From NCBI GenBank assembly GCA_000934665.2, contig KZ538370.1, positions 1 to 64,000 on the forward strand: 64,000 nucleotides of DNA, given 5' to 3'. Source of the DNA: Catajapyx aquilonaris (taxonomy: Eukaryota). Each line of letters begins with the position of its first letter. Within the stretch, counting starts at the first letter, position 1. Positions 13,001 to 24,396 of this stretch are shown here, piece after piece. Position numbers and translations under genes: made by a program. The notes under the pieces are model-generated. The model was not told the origin of the DNA. It was given only the letters and a program-made list of their open reading frames with translations, and did not search any database.

Positions 13001-16000
13001 TCTTATTAACCAAGCAGGCAAGTGTTTCGTCAGAGGTCATTGTTGCTCCACATGTGACAGGGTTGGAAATAGTACTACTGTGCGATGTGGCGATACGTGT
13101 AAAATTATTTTTAGGTGTCCAGTAACCAGCAGTTTGCAGACCATCCGGATACAGCTCGACAACATCTAAGTGGAATTCAGTACGGTTTCCCATTGGATCT
13201 AGAGCCAGTTGTCCTGTTATACCATCGATATTAGTCTGCCAAAAAAAACTGTTTTCAGTATATTTTTTTTGAAAAAATAGTTGATACGTACAACTCGCAA
13301 TTCGTTTGCCAGGCTGCTACCGTAGAACCATGTCTTTTCTCTTTCGCAGTCCAATGGCTCCACATCTTCCATCTCAAACTTCTTATGTGCATAGAGGCTG
13401 CTAACTGCTTTTGCATACATAAATACAGCATCGTATGTCAACGACGCCTCTGTCTAAAGTAATAGCAAAGTGCATTGGCTATTTGTGGCAGTGTCATCAT
13501 TGGAAGCAGTACTTACTGTAAGTGACTGAGATGATTTATTTAGGTAGGTGACAGAATAGCTATGCATAGCACTCCAAGCTTCAGTGGCCAAACCTGATGG
13601 ATTCACCACACGTACACCTGTAATGTTGGCTTTCGCATACTTGAAGCTTTCCAGGTCAATCGTCTGAAAATCCTGCCAGGCCAAGACACTTGATAGTAGT
13701 TATTTTAACTAAAACGTGTTTCAACTTACCAAGCTTGATATTAGATAACTGTGCTCATCTGTAACCATTCCCACCTGCTGAGCCTGTTTCATAAACTCAT
13801 ACACACCATTAGCAGAGGCATACAGGAAAATATTCTTTTGACCTGCATATTTCAGCGACCACAATAATTCTCTGCAAAATACATATTATTGAAATATTTT
13901 GTGCCATATTATCCCAATAGATCTTGCCTGTAATCCCCATCCTCTGCCATCATCATCATTGAAAACTTCTCAGAGATGGGCGCAAACTCCAACATAATTT
14001 CCTGCACTATCATCATAGAGTTGATATTTTCATAGATCAGAGCGAACGAGTCCCACTGCCATGACTTGAGCAAATCTATGTAAGCTTTGACCAAAGTTAC
14101 ATGATATGGATGGATGTTAAACACCTGTCGACCCACACGTTGCCTGATGTCCAATCTGGTTTGAATACATGGGATGTCCATTACGTCGCATATGGACTGG
14201 ATGTATGTGGCCGAAAATGGATCGGACGGTCCAAAGATGGACACTACTCCCAATCCTAGCAGTTTGCACACTGAAATAGACATAGGAGACTCATAGGCTG
14301 TCAGGATCCTACGCTCTACACTAGAACTATTTTCGTGAATGAAGGAGAGAAATGGGCGTGGCCGTACTTATATATAATCAAGGTAAAAGGTGACAGAAAT
14401 AGATAAAGTCTGTCTGTCCTCGTATATATGAAAGTTTAGGCAAGTGTCCAGCCATTCAGACACATGAGCCACCTAACATCTCCTTTGTTCTCTTCCGACT
14501 GATAAAACGGTTCTCATTAGACTTTTGAAACCTGACTGACCTTTCATTTTCAACTCATGTGCGCCGTCTCCTGAGATGTACTCCACATAACTGGTAAGGT
14601 GTATGTATGGAAACATTGCATTGTTGCCATTCACTTCCTCAACTGCTGCTTGAAAAGCATGGGCCTGCATCGAATCATCTTTTTGGAATATCCCACCTGG
14701 AAATGACATGAAAGCTGATGGCCCACATTTTTGTTTGGAACATCCGCAGCATAGCAGCTTCTTTCACTTCGGCGAATTCGGCGAATTCGTCTAATCGTCG
14801 GGGATTGTAAGGAGCCCCACAATGATGGCCCACCCCACGCATCTTGTGGTTGCCGAAAGCTTGTGGGTTGAGCGTGTCACAAAGAGGCCGCTATCTCTCC
14901 TTGGCTGTCTCTTTACCGTTGGAAATAGTGACGTGATGCATTCTACATTCTCTGGAACTTGCATTGCCCACATTCTTATGCTCCTTTTGTGTTTCCTGCG
15001 CAATGGTACCCACAGACCAATTTACGGGATAGTTGCTCGTTTCTTCATACTGCTTTTGGGCATGATTTAATTGAAGGTTTTGGAAACAAAAACTTGGTAT
15101 GTCGCATTAGATTGAAGACAAACGGAAAAGACTCCAGATTTTTGAATATGATTAAGAGACTATGCTTGTAGGTTATTTCTGTTACTTACGTTAGTTGCTT
15201 CTGCCAGAATGGATATTTACTAAACGTTTAATTGGGCCATAAATCATTTTAAATAGTTAAGGTTGCAGTTCATAAATCAATCTGTGTACACTTTTAAAAA
15301 ATGCTGTTTTGAATCCTGTTGGGCAACACCTGGAGTTTGTTTGCGTCGTACAGATTCAGTTATGGCAACGATAACTTCGGTTCCCACAAAAGCAGTCTTA
15401 GCAAAATCCAGTTTTTGTACACGTAACCTAAGAAAATAATTATGTTGGTCGTGTAAGATAAATTATATGCTAGAATGATCTACTACTTCAGAGCATTAAT
15501 GAATGAGTAAGTTCTGCGCAAGGTTCTGCGCAATATTAGAAGCCATTGAAAATAACAGTGCAAAAGTGTTGCCGCAGACGACCAAGTTCCTCCATGTCCA
15601 CTTCTGTCTGTTGGAGTTAGCCATTCCCTATTGAACCTTTGGAATTTGGATCACAGCCCTCATAAAAACTTGATCATCATTGTTGGCTCAGTCAACAATG
15701 TCACATTGCAGTTACCATTGCGTAGCTGTGTTAATGGTCATCAATGGCCTATTAATGTCGGTAATACTTTTCATAACATACCGGTATGCCCTGTACTGCC
15801 GATTATCCAGGTGCGGATTATCCGTGCAAAACATTGTTATAAATAAAAGACCAAAAGAAATTCGATTTCGCATGGCAATACTTTTTGTGCTAAAGTGGCG
15901 AACCGCAACAATAACCTCCCCGAGAGATCTATAGACAAACTGACACCAAGTATCACCGGGTGTATAGGTTCGGTGTTATTTCTAAATTTGCTACATACAA

Positions 16001-16962
16001 AAATACTGTAACTGTGTCAGTCAGAACCGGAAATAGCTCTGCTAATGAGTTATGCATTAGTGCAACAGACGCCTAAGAGTAACAAATTCAAATTATTTTT
16101 ACCACCAAATACCAATTCTCTTATTATATTAGGATGGTTGGCCATGCTGTGGCTTAATGTATGTCATTTAAATATTTACTAATTTATTGACTACAATTAT
16201 GCTGTTTATTAAGGATTTAATAATTACATTCATTAATACCGTTCTCTACTGTGAACAAACCATTTGAAACACGTCAATTAAATTCCTGCAATGCTCAGTT
16301 ACTTTTTAACTAATAAATTTATATAAAGACATTCCAAAACGCTACTTTGGTATCAGTTATCGGTGATTATTTAAAAAAAAAATACTTTTGCAATCGTGTG
16401 AACTTAAAAGTGTCTCTGCAAATGAGGGAAAAAGATGCTACATATTATACCAATTTACAGTAAAGACCTCGCATTCTTGCCTTTGGACATGCTTTCGTAT
16501 TATCTTACACCTGATCTAACGCAAGTTACACCATGAGGAAAAGGAAATCCGGTTTTAAGGTACTTTAGCACGTTTATTTTCAAACCAGCTCCTATCCATA
16601 CATGGCATTGGGAAAACCGATCTCCAGTTTAAAAATCTCATTTACTATTTAACATTCTATATTTTTCAACCCCAAAATGGGTGTTTTAATATAGTATTTG
16701 GTACACTTAATTGAATTTACGAATTGATCATAACTGTCATTATTATTTACTTAGGTTATTTTTTCGGGATACTGCGGGCTAATGCTTACATGGGGGACCA
16801 CAAAATACTATTTATATAACTTTTAATTACATTTCACTAAAGAGAATTATGTTTGTACTCACCAATTTTAATCACTTTTAAATAATAAGCCTGCGATGTG
16901 GTGAAGTTGACAGATGTAAATATCAACGCCAGTAGAATCACATAAAATAATGAATGACCCAT
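10008..16962 (-). CDS. Kainate-type ionotropic glutamate receptor, divergent tandem paralog B (16 exons)
   Basis: Exons: 16863-16962 ([34 protein letters not shown], not in the ORF track), 14541-14696, 13928-14270 (GC donor), 13730-13871, 13517-13672, 13292-13453, 12978-13235, 12713-12913, 12292-12376, 12097-12235 (GC donor), 11809-11946 ([12 protein letters not shown]), 11330-11528 (SYTANLAAF), 10634-10862, 10464-10579, 10259-10399, 10008-10202. Many exon lengths match paralog A. Confidence 0.92.
10902..11194 (-). mobile_element. Non-autonomous Helitron-like element
   Basis: Minus strand starts A|TCTAT, has a (CTGT)n microsatellite near the 5' end, and ends with hairpin cccggccaacgccggg followed by CTAA|T. 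Confidence 0.65.
11221..11294. mobile_element. 74-bp interspersed element, copy 1, with a perfect 30-bp flanking duplication
   Basis: tagattttactgtaatacacatcaaaatat at 11191-11220 and 11295-11324. Other copies at 33779-33852 and, inverted, 4626-4698. Confidence 0.85.
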
Positions 16963-17728
16963 TGCAAATTATGAAAATAATTACTGCGAATCAAAATTAC
17001 GTCATTTTAAAATTCAGGTTGTAAATATTATGAGTATGTGACTTAAGTGTGAGTGACCTACCTTGATCATTCTCAAAAACTTGTTTATGTGCAGGTTTTA
17101 CGGCGTGTAAAAATACTACGGCCCAGTCACTATAAGGACCACTTTCTTCACTGCCCGAATCCTACGAATAGCCAAGGCTGACTGCGGGGAATACGACCAG
17201 AATAGTTTTGGACCTAGTTCTTTCATGAAGTTGTGAGTTTCATTCATGTTGCCAAGAGGCGCTCGAAAAAGCTAATTCAGCAAATATTGGCCTTGAATAC
17301 CATAAACACACGTGTTTTCATTCATGTTTGACCCACCAAGCCAAACTAATATAATTGACGTCTATTCAATTGGAAATTATTATGTTGGTTGAAAATGATG
17401 CGCTGCACCGTGCATATTTTGTTCAGTTTAATGATTAAATTATATTTAAAAAAATTTCGATCTTCCTTTTGAATATTGAAGACAACCAGGTGAGTCGACT
17501 ACTTATAGGGTTTGTCATACGTTCCCGTCTGTGGCAATATTAACCGAATGGAATGGAATATTGCATTGTTCACTTGTTACTTGTACTTTCTAGTGTACAA
17601 TATTAAGCGGTTATTACTCACTATTGTCCTTAATGTCGATTAGGATATGCCTATAGTCGTACGTACCTGGTACTCTCCCTTCCATAAAACCGGGTTGAAA
17701 GTTCGATCGAGCAGCACACAATGCCCAT

Positions 17729-17801
17729 GAGGCGTATACTCATGCAGGTCACTCGCAATCGACAAAGTCGATTGCGAGTGACCTGCATGAGTATACGCCT
17801 C
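17729..17801. repeat. Perfect 35-bp inverted repeat with a 3-nt loop
   Basis: gaggcgtatactcatgcaggtcactcgcaatcgac-aaa-reverse complement. Confidence 0.9.
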
Positions 17802-18418
17802 CATATCAATATATCTGAGTGAGAGGCAGTAGGTAAGCAGGGGTGACCTTAGAACACTGTGCACATGATGTGGCATTTGACATTATATGCCAATTGTGAC
17901 CTCATTCGAATCCATGTAATATGGCGTTAAAATCTTTATTTCCATGGTTAACTACTGTATAATACTCCACATTCATGTTCCATTCATACCAGCAGGCACA
18001 TGCACTCTTCAGGAAGACATGTGAAAGTAACAACATTTACGAACACAGTGTAGGTATATAAGGAATAAACTTCATTTTTCATTTGAAGCAATAGCTCAAA
18101 ATAGTGTCACTGATATTTTTGAAGTTTTTTGAAATATTCCAACTTTTCAACTTGAAGTTGCTGCCTCATTTTTGGTTGGTTGGCAAGCCACTGAATATGA
18201 GCTATTCTTATATGATATGCTGCATAACCAGCGAATGCCAGTAACAATCAAGGCCAAAGAGCTTAGACTCGTGATAAATGACAGCACGAAATTCCACTCG
18301 TCTTGTTGCACCTGGTTACTTTTAAAAGATGCTGTGGTGTAGCTTCTCTGACAATCTCCATCCCAGTCCAAGTTCTCTTGTCAACTTGGACGTAACTAAA
18401 GAGTGTTCTTATGCATGT

Positions 18419-21400
18419 TCATGACACGTTATTTCGTGATGACTTTTGTGGTAGCTGGCTAAATCGCACAAGTTCGTCGTGCAAATCACTGTTAGTCCTG
18501 TCGTTGCTGTCTTTTTCCTCCAGCTTCTTCCTCAGGGGCTTGGTTGATCCTTGAAACTTCAGGATGTATGCAAGTTCTTCTCGAGCCAGATGCCAAAATG
18601 ACACCTATATTGGGAGAATCGGCGCTCCATTAGGGGGGTGGAATACCACCATTGGATGGGGCCAAGGATAGGGAAGGAAGGAAGCGGCTGTGAGCTATTA
18701 TACGGAAGCGATCCCGGAATTATCCTGGGGGGACCGTGCGGGATTACCTCGGGATTGTTACTTTAATGATATTTTAATTTAAAAAGTTTCCTTACCTGCT
18801 CTTTTTTGGATCTGCACCTTATGACCCAAATAAATTCGCCAATGGCTATAACTCCAGCTATTGCCGTCCCAATCACAACCACGCCAAACACACCCGCAAC
18901 GTTTGGTACTCCCAAAGACATATTGGGCTTCACTTTCTAAAATTTTAATAAAGAAATTAATATGATCAGAGCATACTTTACAGGTACTGCTTTTTTTGCA
19001 CATACAATGCATGGTGCACTCTTCCGCTTTTCTTTCCACCATCTGTTTTTGAGTCGTCTCAAGTCACCTCTTTCTTGCATGTCTAATATAATGTTGTTAA
19101 ATATTTTAGTGTATTTTGAATCTGGAAATAAATGTGTTGTTTGATAGTCATTTCTTGAATATAATTTAAAAATAATTTTTTTGAATGAAAAGTAGCTTTT
19201 CATTAGTTTTGACTTTCTTACTCTTGGGAAATCCGACTGCATAGCCTTTGTTGTCCAACCAACTGTTGCCAACTTCGTATAACTCGCAGTTTCTTTCAAC
19301 TCGGTATTCAATAATAGTGGATTCCATAAAGAATGCAAATTCTCCTTTCATGTCCAGTACTTTCTTCATTCCTTCATTATTATCCTTCAGCAGCGACATA
19401 TGTGGGTTTGCCTTCATTGTGTTCCACATTATCATGTAGTCCTCGTGAGTGGCGTTCTGTAAGAAAATTTAAAATTACATGTATCTCTGCCGGAACCATA
19501 CATAGCCCAGAAATGTCTAATCTACACACACTCGACCTCAAGAACATTAAAAATAAATTGTAACTTGCCTCAAAAAACTTTCTGGTTGACCCTGACTCAA
19601 CGACACCATATTTAATTTTGTTCTGATGAGCCAGTTCTGCTGCCCTGGAGAACGGCGGCAGGGACTTCTCAATAGTCAAGAAAGCAGCCAAGTTTGCAGT
19701 ATACGAAGATATCATAATCAGGATGAAGAATGCCCATATGCTCGAAGCCATTCTGGTGGACACCGCCCTTGAAAATAATAATCATCATAATCATAATCAT
19801 AAATCATAATCATAATAAGGTGTTTACTTAGGTGCAAGTTCTGTTCCTTGCTGCATAAGTGAACCAATAGTGAACCAGAAGCTGTTGAGTATTCCAAACT
19901 GATTCACAAGGTCATCTGGGTCTTCTATGCAGGGATAAGGATTATCCCATTCATAAGGACTGAATCTGTAAGAGGTTAATGGTGTGATAATATTCCTGTG
20001 ACAAAAATAATGTAAAGATAACGAGGCTGTGGCCTCTAAACTGATATTACATGACTTTGTCTCTGTGTAGTGGTAAGTAGTGATCAGTTAAAATTTAAAC
20101 GAATTAATAGAAAGACTAATGACACCTAATTTACAAAAAACAGTAACTGAAATCATCATTAAATATATAAAAAAATGAGTGGCATGCATGGGGGTCGAAC
20201 CCACGACCTCCGCGTTATCAGCACGACGCGACGCTGGCCGAGTTGTAAATGTGTGACTCGATTTTATCAAACTTTTCACCAGAGTCTGACAACGCTTAAC
20301 GTACCTGGCAACAAAGAACAAAACGACAGACACTCCAACATATGCCACAGTAAGATAGAGCCACACATCGTTAGAAAATGGAGCCATGAAGGAGAAGAAA
20401 GATGGAGGGGCCCTCTTGGGTGTCACATACAGTACGCTGATGCCTGAAATAAAGAGATTGTAGTAAATGACATTTGCAGTGGAAGTCATCATACAGTAGT
20501 TCCGACTATACTTTACCCAAGTTCATGAAAGGAAGTGTGAAGTCTAAGGCATGTGCTCGATCTGAATTCACGCTGACATCAGCAACTACCATGTCTGCGG
20601 TCTGAAATATTAAAATTTAACATCATTCCTCTTCTATTATTATTAAACACTGTCTAATACCAAAATACTCACTCCATTAATAACTTCTCCGATCATACCA
20701 TTCCATTTTCCATTGACAATTTTGCCATACTGATTATCCCGCACCAGCTGTATCACATACTTGAACGAAAGGTTTCTGGCCAAATGATCCAGAAAGTCGA
20801 TGACAAAACCTTCGTAACGATCATTCCCACTTAATCTCTCAGTGGATTCTTTCAGCATACACAGAGGATCATTCTGAAATAAAAAGACCACGTGAATACC
20901 ACGATTGTTTGGCATATCCTGGTTTTGTGGTGACTCACGAGTATTGTGGTGACTATAAACGTCTTGTTAGCCACCCCATATCCAAACTCATCATTTTGTC
21001 TGATTTCCACGCTAGTTGTCTCATACCGAGTGAACTTCTGTTTGGCATTCCACGACGCAAGTGGTCTAACTCCATCCGAGACCAATTCTACCACCTCCAG
21101 ATGGAAGTCTGTCCTCTCTCTCATGGGGTTCAGCACAACATGCCCTGAGATCCCATCGTAGTTGACCTTTACAAAAAAATAAATATAAATAAACTGGTTG
21201 CAAAAACGTTGTTTTGTGAAGTACGTCTTGGACTGGGTCCACGTTTTCAAATAATGCAGACGAAACTGTAAAAATAAACGCGTCTCTCACCGTGCTTAGT
21301 TGATTCAAGAGACTGGATCCGTACCGCCAAGATATGGGTACGTCTGTGTCGCAGTTCAACGGTTCAGTCTCTTCAAGTCTCTGAGATCTGTTCAGCTTGT

Positions 21401-23418
21401 CTAATGCTTTAGCGTACATTCGGACTGCATCGTACATTAAAGCTGCTTCCACCTGAAATATGGCAACAGAAGTCTGTTAATGGACCTACGGTGCACGCGG
21501 TACACACGGTACACGCGGTACGGTGCACGCGGTACGTACGCGGTGCACGCGGTGTGGGGAGGGGGGCTAAGCAGGGATGTAGTCAGAGAGGTGGCGCACC
21601 CAGTGGGGACATGCAAACAAACATCGTTGACAGTATTAGGTGAAATATTACTGAGAATGATTGTGACAGGGCGTGACATGGAGTTACATACTGGCAATGT
21701 TTGAGCTGAAATGTTGACCAAATGTCCAGAGTAAGCAGTCCAATAAGCAACAGCATCCTGTACATCCAGGTTCAGTGGGTTTATCAGCCTCACACCAGTT
21801 ATGTTGGCTCGAGCGTACTTGAAGTCCTCAAGGTTCAAGGTGTGGAAATCCTGCCAAGAAAATGCAGCGTAAACTCCACTTCGGGACATGTGTTTCTAAT
21901 GCACTTTTGTTGCCTACCAAACTGGAAATGACGTAACCGTTTCTGTCAGTCAGCATTCCCACTTGCTGAGCCTGGGTGAGAAACTCGTGCGCAGTTTCAG
22001 ACGAAGCGTAGAGAAACACGTTCATCTGGTTGTTCCTCTTCAGTTCCCACAGAAGTTCCCTGTAAATATGATTTCATACAGTTGTCAACATGACTCATGG
22101 TGGAACCTACCTAAAGTTTTTTTCTGGAAGCTTTCGTATCATAAAGTTCTCTTGAACAGGCGAGAAGTCCAAGATCATGTCCTGGATGATCATGAGTGAA
22201 TTGATGTTTTCGTAGACAATGGCAAATGTGTTCCACTTCCATTCCTTGATGATGTCGATATATGCTTGGATCAGGATCGAGTAATGAGGATGGATGTTGA
22301 CGAGCTGTCTGTCCCTCCGTTGTCTCATATCAAGACGCGTTTGGATGCAAGGGATGTCCATGTCGTCACATATGGACTGAACATATGTGGCGTGGAATGG
22401 CTTCGACGGGCCAAAAATACTCAAAGCCCCCAAGCTCAGGAGCTTGCACACTGAGATGAAAAATATGGAATGATTATTATGACAACTCATAGTACGTAAC
22501 TATATCTGAAAATAAGTGTTTGATAAATTAACAACTTATAGTCTGACCTACTATCTAGGAAAGTAGATCGCTTATAGTTGAGACACTGTTCCAAATTTTC
22601 TCAATAATTTTTGACGGCTGCAAATGTACGAAACCCTGAACTGTCAATAGAATGTTATTGCAGCCTGAGGCATGTAGCCGTATTTTTCAAGGGGTTGTAT
22701 TGCACACTAGGGGTACCCCAAAAATAGATGAAGAGATTTCGTGGCCACCCCCGACGAGTGTTGGGCAATCGGCCAAGGAATTCTTCTCGTATAATTATTT
22801 CCTGTCCTTTCCTAGAAACCCATTGCAAAACACTGGCTTTGTCATCCGGGAATGTACGCGTGCCTTTACCTTTTATGCGGAGCCTGTTGGCATCTTCGTT
22901 TGAGATATACTCCACGTATCCCACGACATGGCTATCCGGAAGAAGGTCGTGACGATTGTTTATCTCTTCGACGGCAGCTTGGAAAGCTAGTGATTGTACC
23001 TTGTCGTCTCTGTCGAAGATTCCTCCTGAAGAAAACATATGTGGACAATATGATTTCATGTTGGAATGTATTGGTTGTGATGCACTCTTAACCATTTACC
23101 CTCTCTAGAGAAGGTACTGTAAATGGTTAAGAGTGTGGGGATACTTTTTGGTACTTGTTAACTACCAACACGTATTGCAATAGATTCATGTAGGGGTCAG
23201 TTTTTTGTACTGATGAGAATTAATTATTAATAAATTTTTGAATCAATCGAATTAAAAATCGTCTCAACATTTTCTGACCAATATGGCACAAATTCTAACC
23301 CAAAAGGCTACTCACCTATTCTGATGTTTTCTAACGGCTTTTGCGACAGCGCAAAATGTAGCACAAGAATCAGATAGAATATAAGAGCCAAGAAAAAGAG
23401 CGGGAATCTTGGCGACAT
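18419..23418 (-). CDS. Kainate-type ionotropic glutamate receptor, divergent tandem paralog C (16 exons)
   Basis: Exons: 23316-23418 ([35 protein letters not shown]), 22870-23025, 22111-22450, 21918-22059, 21692-21850, 21291-21452, 20939-21166, 20673-20873, 20517-20601, 20305-20443, 19828-19965 (GSLMQQG), 19569-19767 ([11 protein letters not shown] donor), 19222-19456, 19006-19121, 18796-18936, 18419-18604. Confidence 0.93.
18610..18752 (-). mobile_element. 5'-truncated copy of the same SINE in the last intron of paralog C
   Basis: ttgggagaatcggcgctcc...ggccaaggata...ggaaggaagg...ccggaattatcctggggggac matches 56418-56550. Confidence 0.8.
20180..20239 (-). pseudogene. tRNA-Ile-like fragment or SINE head lacking the D arm
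   Basis: Minus strand ggccagcgtcgcgtcgtgctGATaacgcggaggtcgtgggttcgacccccatgcatgcca has anticodon and T arms and a B-box, but no D arm. Confidence 0.6.
21488..21554. repeat. cggt(g/a)cacg short tandem repeat
   Basis: Directly visible 9-bp units in paralog C intron 5. Confidence 0.8.
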
Positions 23419-24396
23419 CCTCGCTGTCAATGTCCTACAGCGGCATAACTTCGCTCTACTCGCAACACGTGAACAGCCTTGCACTTGCCAAGAAAACACG
23501 TGAAAAGCACAAGTATGAACAGTATAATGTCACGCCTGCGACAAATTGACGTCAATTAGCAATAATGTTTGTAGGTCTCACTAACCCTTTCAGCAAAGGG
23601 TCTGAAAAAAAAATTCCCTAGTGAGCCTCACCAACACCAGAAGATGACTGCCTGCCACTACTTCTTTCCACTACTTCTAAGGAGACAAGAATAGTTCGGT
23701 GCGCAAGGGGGGGACCCATTTTCCCTGTTCACTTCCCTTTGGCTGCGTTGCCACAATGTTCATTGTGACCTATTTTGACACTTTCAGGCTCCTTATTGTG
23801 GCGACATTTTATTTTGCTGTGGCCAGAACTTTGCGATTCTTGGAATAAAAGGGTTGTACTTATTACATGAACACCGGATATGTCGACATCATATGGAGGT
23901 CACATTGAAGCAAGGTGCAGCCATCAAAATTAGTGGAATAGAAAGCAACTGAAACAAGAAGACAAACAATATATGTTTATTTGTATCCAACTTTTATGAC
24001 AATGTCAATGTAGTTCATATAAAAAGTACTGTTGAATGTGCTTGGAAAAATAATTGAAGTCCTTATATTCTGGATAGATTAGCAGAGATTCTGGTTAAGT
24101 GTAAGATTTTCCGAGAAAATGAGACTGCAAGGGAAGGTTTCGCACAGGTGGCATTGACAGTGTAAGTTATTGTTGGCCAAAGCTACGAGTATGTCTGCTT
24201 GGTCTCCCCCAGTCCTCCTCCCCACTTTCTGCCACCTCCTGTGACCTCAAAAATGTGGTCAATGGCACGCGTTTAGCTTAAAATATAATCTGATTATCAT
24301 ATGCCACTTACTGGTATAAAATTCAGTTATACACTCTCCTGTAATATGAAGGACAATTACAAGCAATAATACAGCGAATAGTGCAATCATAATGAC

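Noticed and set aside
14700..15950. Short ORFs in intron 1 of paralog B as a nested gene
   Set aside because: No recognisable domain or coherent exon chain; possibly decayed transposon sequence.
20180..20239. Functional tRNA-Ile(GAT)
   Set aside because: D arm missing and acceptor stem poorly paired.
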